From Schmidtea polychroa (lineage: Eukaryota), in the NCBI GenBank assembly GCA_044892525.1, contig CM097887.1:92420397-92484396 (forward strand): DNA of 64,000 nucleotides, in the 5' to 3' direction. Below are positions 55,160 to 64,000 of this stretch, piece after piece. The position numbers and the translations under genes were made by a program. Under the pieces are notes generated by a model that did no database searches, was not told the DNA's origin, and worked only from the letters and a program-made list of their open reading frames with translations. Numbering within the stretch: position 1 is the first letter of the stretch; the number at the start of each line of letters is the position of its first letter.

Positions 55160-55480
55160 GTTGGTAAAAGAAAGAACAATAAAGAATTTAGATTTGAGAT
55201 TTGTAAAGCAAATAAAAGAGATGCAGAAACAATATTTAACCAGGAACAATTATATGTTCAGATAAGTGGTTAGCATATTATCAATTGACTGAACTTGGTT
55301 TTGAACATGTTAATGTTAATCATTCTGAATAATTTTGTTGATAGTGAAACTGGTGCAAATACTCAAACAATAGAATCTCTTTGGAGAACATTGAAAAGAA
55401 AGTTAACAACGGGTATTCGTCACAATAATATAGAAAACCATATAAGTGAATTTATCTGGCCTCGACACGCAAAAAATAAC
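55160..55480 (+). pseudogene. Merlin (IS1595/ISXO2-like) transposase remnant in BTBD7 intron 2
   Basis: PGTIICSDKWLAYYQL..GFEHVNVNHSE(fs)NFVDSETGANTQTIESLW..EFIW. Confidence 0.85.
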
Positions 55481-55729
55481 AATTTATATCAATTTGATTT
55501 TTTTATTGTATCAAAGATTTATATGATCTAAATGAGTAAAATCCAAATATTAATACATAAATATATTTATCGCATCATAAGAAGTCTATAGACACTTTGG
55601 AGTCATTTCAGAAGTGGCTCCGAAAAGAATTACCATATACAGTTATTATTTGAAGTAATGCATATACTAGAACATACATAATCCAGACTCCTTAATACCA
55701 TTAACACGTTGAATACCACACTTGTAATA

Positions 55730-56016
55730 CAGTCAAACCTCTCACCACGTGCTAGATACGTTCTCATAGAAGGCCATGTAGAAGGAAATCACGTTTTAAG
55801 AGATATATACTTTATAGAAAATATATAGAGGCCGGTTCTAAATAAGAAGCAGTATGTTTACTGTTTAAACACAAACTTAATTGAAAAATGTACATCACAA
55901 ATGATCGAAAACGATAACGTCTCGTAGAAAGTAGATTTGTCTGCTGAATTGGGAATTCCTGTTACGAAGTACAAAAATTGCGTTACAAGAGTGACTCGTT
56001 ATAGGAGGGTTTACTG
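55730..56016. mobile_element. pogo/Tigger-like MITE (287 bp) in BTBD7 intron 2
   Basis: TA-CAGTCAAACCTC ... GAGGGTTTACTG-TA; subterminal CGTTA motifs. Confidence 0.7.
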
Positions 56017-56074
56017 TATATATTTATAATGTAACAATGTATAATACGTTATAAATAAATCTAGTGATATGATA

Positions 56075-56078
<4 letters not shown>

Positions 56079-56160
<82 letters not shown>
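56079..56160. repeat. (AT)41 microsatellite
   Basis: Perfect dinucleotide run. Confidence 0.98.
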
Positions 56161-56162
<2 letters not shown>

Positions 56163-56977
56163 CCGGCCTTCTTTTTATACCATGCCTCACCGTTGTATTT
56201 TCAAAATCATATGCCCAACCGGCCCCTTTAAAGTAGCTGTCAAACTTCGATAATCAGTATTGCCCGTATGCAAAAATTGTTATATTTAGTCATGAATGAA
56301 CATATTGTATTAAAAATATATGTGGAAATAGTTGATAATTGTGACGTGTCCCACCTCTGAAGTGCGGTGCACCACCGGTGGTCATATATAGAAACTAATC
56401 TCGATATACTCCTGAATTGTATCAATCTCTCATGTCATGTTAATTCAGGTTTCAAAAACGGTTTTTTGTTTTTACGAATTCAAATTATTGAATGCATTGA
56501 ACTCCGATAGAATACATGTTTTTCATTGAATTCATGTGGCATATATTCGCGAAGTTGGGACAATTTCAATCCGTTAAATGTGTCACCATTTATGAACAAT
56601 ATACAGTGTTTGACTGGCATGTTTACAGTACTGTATATAATACTTCGTATTAAATATTCAATGAACTTCCAGATCTTTGAGCAGTCTAATCAATTTTGAA
56701 GTTTTAACTGTAACTTCGTATTAATAAGTTGCTGTCGTCTTGTAATTCGTATGATATACAGTCCTTAGTGTTAATTTTGACATTATGCAGGTTAACTTAA
56801 GTACAAAAATTAGTTTTACTATTTTATAACTGTAAACAGATTATTAATAACATTATATCTCGTTAAAATGTTAATCTTAAAAAGAAAAAAAATTAGATAC
56901 AAAATTTATAATTAATTATTACTAAATTGCCATTTTCTTTAAAAGTGACACTAATTTTGTAATAATATGAACCTTAC

Positions 56978-57281
56978 CATCAATGACGATACAACAGGTC
57001 TACTATCTATTGCTTGCTTCTCAAGCTCCTTTAAAATACCAACCGCATCATATTCATGTTTTAATGCTTGTAAATCTTTTGGTGACCAACTTGATAGAAA
57101 ATCATAAAATAATTTTGAATAATCTAATCCACTAGAATTTATTTTTCGCTTAAATTTCGTGACTTTTTTCTTTAAATTTTGAAGTTTGTATATTCCCTTT
57201 GTTGGAAATTGACTTATACATGATATTGACTGGTTTGAAAAAATATTTGACTTTTCCTTTTCTAAGGACTCAGGAACCTTT
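56978..57281 (-). CDS. BTBD7: BTBD7 exon 2
   Basis: LQNLKKK..SGLDYSKLFYDFLSSWSPKDLQALKHEYDAVGILKELEKQAIDSRP parallels the BTBD7 N-terminal segment; donor ATG|gtaagg is phase 0 and matches exon 3. Confidence 0.88.
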
Positions 57282-57327
57282 CTATAAATTTGAAAATTAT
57301 GATTTTTAATTGAAAACCACACTAAAC

Positions 57328-57437
57328 CTCTGCATTTTCAACAAATATTGATTCCCTGCATTTATATTTTCAAAAGATTCAGATCTATTATAGCAATAAA
57401 ACCTAGTCTCATTAAAACTAGATGATGATAAACCCAT
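57328..57437 (-). CDS. BTBD7: BTBD7 exon 1 (MGLSSS...)
   Basis: 36 codons plus 2 nt; 46-bp GT-AG intron 57327-57282; phase 2 matches exon 2; MGxxxS start as in vertebrate MGANAS. Confidence 0.75.
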
Positions 57438-57964
57438 CAATTCATCTAGAATGAGTAAAATGAAAATTTTTATTAATAAATATAATTAAAATTAATAATA
57501 ATAATTACAAGATAAAACTTACAATTAACATCTATTTAAATTAAACTTATTATTATATGAATATTCATTTTAAAAAATAATTTATCTATAATTTGTAACA
57601 CTTTAATTGTTTGCAATATTTTGTATATATTACAAACTTAAACAAATATTATTATTCAATTTGTTATATAAAAAATGTAAATCAATTAAAAATGGAATTC
57701 TTAAAGATATTAAAGTTTATGAAAAAAATTAATTATTGTGAATATTTTAAGTTTATTGAACTTCTTTTCCGAGCATCTAGGAACGTATTTAGTTTTTTTC
57801 TGCTATCGATATTTGGTATCTTCTTAAAATTATCCTTGTGCTTCTGAATGTATCAAAGTTAATGCAAACCTTTAACTTTATCGGCTTACACTGAATGTGG
57901 AACCTTGATATTTTATTAGTAATTTATATATAATACTCATATCTGATAAATTTTATATTGCTGG

Positions 57965-58270
57965 CAGTGTTGTAACTAGGGTTCAAATGCAACTCGGGCA
58001 GCTGCTCAACACAATAATAATCATAATTTTAAATTGGCAATTTTAGAAGTCATTTTTGTTGAATCCAAAAAAATAAAATTTAAACATGTTTTTTAATACA
58101 ATAGTTATACACAATGCAAGAAAATCAAATGCCGATCAAGTTAATTAAAGCAGTATGCGGCGATCATTAGTATGTTTGAATATATCAACAACACTGTCGA
58201 GGTTGTCAAGTTGCATCAAAAATCGTTCAATTGAAATTAAAGCAAGAGACGTCAGACATTTGTGTCCCGA
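57965..58270 (-). mobile_element. hAT 3' fragment (transposase C-terminus plus right end)
   Basis: CLTSLALISIER..DSVVDIF..RRILL* and terminus CAGTGTTGTAACTAGGG. Confidence 0.55.
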
Positions 58271-59524
58271 TTTTGTATATGATTGGATTGGTTATTGTCG
58301 TAAAGTTTAATGGTTTATACGTTTATATTATATTTGTGTTGGTAGGTGCTTGTATGTGTGGGGAGATTTGAAGAGTCCAGCCGAGTCACAAGTAAATGAA
58401 CTGTCTCGGGACAGCTGGGGTGAATGTGTGTTGAAAATATATACAAGAAAATAATGTCTATAAAGATTATTATCAAATAATAACTTAATACAACCAACAA
58501 AATATTATCCAACTTTTATTAACATAAGAAATATTGTAAGACCTGTTTTAATCAGAATATCGTTAGTTCAGGTAAAGCTTAGAATAACTATGTAGGTAGT
58601 AACTTGATCGAATGAATTTGTTGTATTTGGATAGATATTGAAGGGTTGAGAACAAAAGCGTATGAGATTGTTTCTTTCTTTTATATTGTAATCGAATTAA
58701 ATATATTTGATTGATTGTGGTTTTGCCAGGGATTGATAAGAATTATTTGATTATGACAGTTAATATACGGAATCTTCTTATAGCATTTGGATAGATTATC
58801 TGCTTCTGGTTTTCTTTTATAATCCTTTTAATAGCTCGAGTTTGTAATTTTCTGATATTGTTTCTTTAGTTTATCCTTTTATTGATTCGTTATAATTTTT
58901 ATTAGTTTTAAAAGTAATTTATCACATGTATACTCAAATTGATTGACTGATTACTCAAATTATTCAGAAAATTCAGTATAAATTCATTACAAATTATCAA
59001 CGTGTCAATCTACACTAAAAATATCTAAACGATTATCATTAAATTCCAAAAGAGACTGAAAAACTAATGACGACATCTAATAGACCAGTAAATTCATTTA
59101 AATAACAATATTCTACCATTTTTTATTTCCAAGCGAGTTCTCCGTTGAAATCACGTATAAAGCATCTAATTTCTTTGAAATATCTATCAATATTTAAAAA
59201 TTGGTATTTCAACGATAAATACTCGTAAAAGATCATATATTCTCCCTCTTAATAGGGTTAGAGTACTAAAATACTCAACATAAAAATTTTCATCTAAATT
59301 TATTGGTTTATTAGATGTTATCATCAGTGGGTTTATATGTCTCTTTTAGAATTAAATGATAATCATTTTGATATTTATAGTGTAGATTGACAACGTTGAA
59401 AATTTGTAATGAATATATACTGATTTTTCTAAATAATTTGAGCAATCAGCCAATCAATTTGAGTATATATATATGATAAATTACTTTTCAAAAACCATTA
59501 AAATTAATTTATTTCAATTAATTA

Positions 59525-60023
59525 ATAACTTGAATGATCAGTGTTAGGATTCTCATACGATAAAACATTAATATCTGTTTTTCGATCTCTTCGTAGCTAG
59601 CCCTACAAAGCTGATCTGCAAGTACCACAGGACACATGAGGAGCTCATATCTTGTCCTGATAACCAATTTGGATCCCAAAGTAGGCAGCATATCCGGTCC
59701 ACAGCTTGGTCCCACGCAATAATTGTTGCTTTGGCGGTTTTAGCCCGATATAGTAGCCACAAATACAACAAAGTGAGTCGGCAGATTGTTCATAATTTCT
59801 AGAAGATGCCATAATTGTGTTATACAATATCTAATCAATATCTTATCAAAAAATAAAAATAGCAAAAATGCATATTAAAAACAATTTCAGTGAAACAGAT
59901 TAACTTCAATGGCAAAACAAAGGGAGAGGTTAGACAAAAACTAATGTGATATTTGAATTCATAGGCTTAGATTTACTATAGAAACGCTCCAAAAGTAAGA
60001 TAACTATTTTTTATTGTGTTGTG
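59525..60023 (-). mobile_element. Chapaev3 (CMC) 5' fragment: CAC terminus and N-terminal Zn-finger region
   Basis: MASSRN..DSLCCICGYY..YAAYFGIQIGYQDKI*APHVSCGTC..TDHSS; element starts CACAACAC at 60023. Confidence 0.7.
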
Positions 60024-61359
60024 TATGCTATTGTTGAGGTCTGTAAATTAAAATGAATTTAAATTAAATTTAGGTTGATAATTTAAATAAAAAGTAAGTG
60101 AAGAAAAAAGACAACTAAAAGCGTATATATAACTTTAAAACTAGGTAAGGCACCAGGTGGAAAAATTGAAGGGTGCCATTGAACAAAAAACTAAACTTTA
60201 TATATTTTCCAAAATACCATTAATAGATAAATAAGCAGTGACATGATCAGGACCCAGGCAACGAAAATAATGAATCAAACATGGAAGTATTCATACACAT
60301 TAATTATAAGGGTTAACATAACATAATACAGGGGACACGGAAATCAAATATCCTAATACAATTACATCGTGTTAAATAGAAAAAATGAAGATGAATAAAA
60401 TTTTAAAGCAGATAAAATACAAATAAAAAATTATTTTATTGATAATTTTTTTTTTAAAAGAACGATAATAACAATAATTTTTATAAATTAATAAAGTATA
60501 ATATAAACAAAATAGCATTTATTCGGAAAATATCAAAAATTCACAATAAATTTATTTACTAAAAAGTAAAAATTTAAAGTACACCAAATTAGAATCCGAA
60601 GAATTATTAGTTAAAATTAATTTTAAAATGCCATTTTCAAAGACATTTTTTTCTCATCAAAAAATATAATTAAGTCAACGGGGTTTGAAATTATTTTCAT
60701 TTGGCCAATGCCAAACCAGGAATTTTGTGTGAAAGAAGGCATCAAATTTCATAGTGTATAATGCACACTGTATATGTACATTATCCATCATCATTTTTTA
60801 TAATAACAACAATAATAATAATATCATAATCTATAAATTGAATAATATACAAAATTGCAAAAATGAGATGATTGGAAAGTAACAGGAATAATTGAGCATT
60901 TATTTCACTGAAACGTAATCTGAGCTGATTGAATTGATCAAATTTTGATCAATACCCAACTGAATTGTTTCGAGATCAAAATTTCTCAATTCTTTGGCAT
61001 GATACGTTGTGAGTTCTTTGCACATTTCTGTACGTTTCAGAGAAAATAACCGATTGGATTCTTGAATCTAATATGACAATAATTAATCAAGCACAAATTG
61101 AACAGATAAATATTGTGCATATAAAGGCCAATGTACGAATGAATGTTTGTAACGCTATAAGCTAATGATATTATTACATAAAATGTTAAAATGTTACAAT
61201 AACTTAAATTCAATCCACAGAATAGCATTTGAAAGAGGTGAAAAATGAGGAAGCGATTTAAGTGGAGGAAGAATCAAAATTTTATTGATAGTTGTTTCAG
61301 TAATATTTTTAATATAAGTACATAATTTGGCATGAAAAATAATATTTTGTAGACCTTAA

Positions 61360-61593
61360 CCTTTAAGTGCCAACATAATTTTTAGAGAATTGGCTAAAAG
61401 TACCACGCTGCTAGAGAAAAATATAAATTTTGAGCACTAACCAGGCGCGGGCGGTGGGTGTCTCCACTCTCTTTAAGTATTCACACAAATACACATTCGG
61501 AATAAAAAAAATAAACAAGAATCGACAAGTATGAAATTAGAGATAGTATTAGTACAAGCGGGAGCGCGGTCGCGCTCTTTGGAACTCAGAGGG
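61360..61593. mobile_element. piggyBac-like MITE (234 bp)
   Basis: TTAA on both sides; ends CCTTTAAGTGCCA / reverse complement CCCTCTGAGTTCCA; subterminal palindrome GAGCGCG-GT-CGCGCTC. Confidence 0.6.
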
Positions 61594-62880
61594 TTAACAA
61601 GGAAGTTACTGTTCAAGGTATATATTATACACCTTACAACCTAGTAGACATCTAGCTAAAATTAAAGACAATATGAAATCAATTACCAAACGTGCAAAAA
61701 TAAATATGGCGAAAAAACATAATGAAAATTAGGCTTTTGAATAAAAAATCGACATGTACATATTCCAAATTGATTGTGGAGAATAACAAAAAAGATAATA
61801 GAGAAATAATACTTTTATCTTTATTATTTCAGATCAATATTTTTTATAAATAAATTAAATTTTTTCGGAACAATTTTATTGCGTTTAATAATAAAAATAT
61901 TGATTTGCAATATAAAAGAAGTGAAAATGAAAATAAACCAATGGTTAAAGAAATAAAAGATTTTACTGATAAAAAATAATAGATATATTTTACAATTTCA
62001 TATGCCTGTTTTCTTGGTCGTTGTTATTCGTTATTTTTGACGACAGGGATTGTTTTTGCCAACGACCTTTTTGTCAGAGTCCCTTTTGACAGGTCACCAA
62101 TTTTAGTATAGAAAATGATGGTTTCTTGTTATCAGCATCAATTAAATGTTAAACAAATAAATAAGATATGTATTATATGAAAATTTTCGATAATTATCGA
62201 AAATCTATAGATAATAAATATTTTTTATTATCTATAAATAATTTGTAGCAAAGGCTTATATTATCATTTATTTGTTTAATAATTTTATATATTTTACTTA
62301 CACTGTTGAGGAATATTATTTTTGGTTTTTCTGTGAAACTTTCTTAAAAATAATTTTGTTTTAATAATAAAGTCTCCGAAAGAGTTAATTTAATGAATTG
62401 TATTAATTATTTTACTTATGTTAAATCTAATAATCTGGATTCGCTGAGAACTGAATCCTTTGGTGGTTTTTCAATGAAAATAAATGAATGAATCCTTGAT
62501 TTTAACTCAAATGCCAAAGAGTCTTATTGAAGAAATAGTTTCTACCGATGGAATAAAGAGTTGTTTATTTTATTTACAAATTGGAATGTGTTTCATCTGT
62601 TACAGAAGATAAGTTATTGAAAAAATCTAACAATTCGTTACCTCAATTTGATAGAAATTTGAATTTAAAAGTTTATAAGGATAAAAATCTAAAGTCAAAT
62701 CAAATTAAAAGAATTAATATTTCGAATATTTATTCATCCCATTCGAATCATTGGATACAAACTAACTAAATATAATTTCATAATATTTTCAAAGATTAAT
62801 TGAATTTAATACCAAAAAAATTATAAATAATACAAAATTATTAAAATTTTTTTTATAAAAACAGTCAGAACGTATATTAC

Positions 62881-63063
62881 CCCAGTTTCCAATTCATTTC
62901 GTTTATTCAACATTTGCTTTTTAAGATTTAAGTGTTCTTGATTATAATTTTTCATAGTTTCTTCATTTTGTGAATTATGGAATGACCTCAACACTTCTTT
63001 CTCAGTTTGCAATTTTTTTTCTAGTTCTAAAGTTTCTCGAAGATGTCTACTTTCTAATTTATT
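62881..63063 (-). other. Possible coiled-coil exon of an unidentified gene
   Basis: ttttaag|..61 codons..|gtaat; heptad-like E/K/L-rich sequence. Confidence 0.3.
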
Positions 63064-63374
63064 CTTAAAAAAATAAATTATCAAAATACGCCGCCGTTTA
63101 GATTACAAAGAAATCTATAAATATAACATAAATATAAAATTGTTGTTTGCGTAGGGTATTTAAAAAGTTAATGTACTTATATTTGAAATAAATAATTATT
63201 AAATCAATAAATATTTAGTTGACTCAGAAAATTTACATAACATTTTAAAGAATAAAGTTGCGAACTGAAGTTAAAAGAAAATCTAATAATAATTCTAATA
63301 GTTACTTTAATTTAATATACACGAAATATTCATTAAAAAATTCAATTTCTGTTATTATTATGAAAATATAATGA

Positions 63375-63530
63375 AGGACTACATTGTGTGAATTGTTTCG
63401 GGACACTCAATAATCTTCCTTGCAGTGGGTACGACTCAATAAACACTTTCACTTGACTTACAACTCATGATCGTGTTAAAGCCACATACAGTTTGCCATG
63501 TGAAAATACTTGGGTCTCCGAACCGGAATT
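63375..63530 (-). pseudogene. Helitron/PIF1 helicase C-terminal remnant
   Basis: VFSHGKLYVALTRS matches VFSHGQLYVALSR, followed by a frameshifted NVV. Confidence 0.72.
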
Positions 63531-64000
63531 TTCGTTAATTAATTTAAAAAAATATAAATCAAATGAAATATTTTTCATTTTACAAAAAATTATATAGCTA
63601 AATTCATATTTCTTAGATATATTTAACAAAAAATCATGAACTGAATTTACTACTCATTCAGTTGAGTAGTATACAATACCAAAATAAAATTAATAATAGT
63701 GTTATACAGTCAGTCAGTGATGGACGAATATATGTATATTGTTAGTATTTTAATCCTAGGATAACTAAAATAAATAATTTCAATTAATATGTTATCTCAA
63801 AATAAATTTGTATGGGCTTTAATAAGACTTAACAAGATAACAAGTAAAATCAAATCTGAGAAGTGCAATAAACTATCAATCAAGTAGTCTTTTATATAGG
63901 ATTAAATTAAAGTTTAATTAGATTTACAAAATAATTCGGATTTTAAGTATAGTATTTAGTTTATTAGTAAAATGTTCCATAAATCTGCAATAAATATTTA

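Noticed and set aside
55160-55480. Bacterial IS1595 contamination
   Set aside because: It sits inside a spliceosomal intron of an animal gene and is decayed like its neighbours; eukaryotic Merlin explains it.
59281-59335. Hammerhead-like CTGATGA..hairpin..GAAA on the minus strand (similar weak cases at ~22765 and ~36746)
   Set aside because: Extra nucleotides before stem II and no pairing for stems I and III or a cleavage triplet.

Overview
Strongly AT-rich eukaryotic (animal) scaffold with three assembly gaps. It contains one clearly recognisable host gene, a 3-exon BTBD7 orthologue on the minus strand (57437-52023, ~976 aa). The rest is mostly intact and decayed mobile elements. hAT elements include three Buster/SPIN-type copies, an internally deleted Tip100/ZMYM1-type element, two MITEs and several remnants. 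Also present are Ty3/gypsy protease and integrase remnants, a Penelope-like element with a minimal hammerhead ribozyme, Merlin, Chapaev3 and Helitron fragments, and pogo-like and piggyBac-like MITEs. The least explained signal lies in the first 30 kb. It is a four-copy family of uncharacterised GC-rich ORFs (CxxC, helical core, basic tail), each starting directly after a splice acceptor. Nearby are other orphan ORFs (AT-hook, ankyrin, SIM-like micro-exons) and short GC-rich blocks that can fold into RNA structures. Family assignments come from recalled motifs read by eye; no database search was run.
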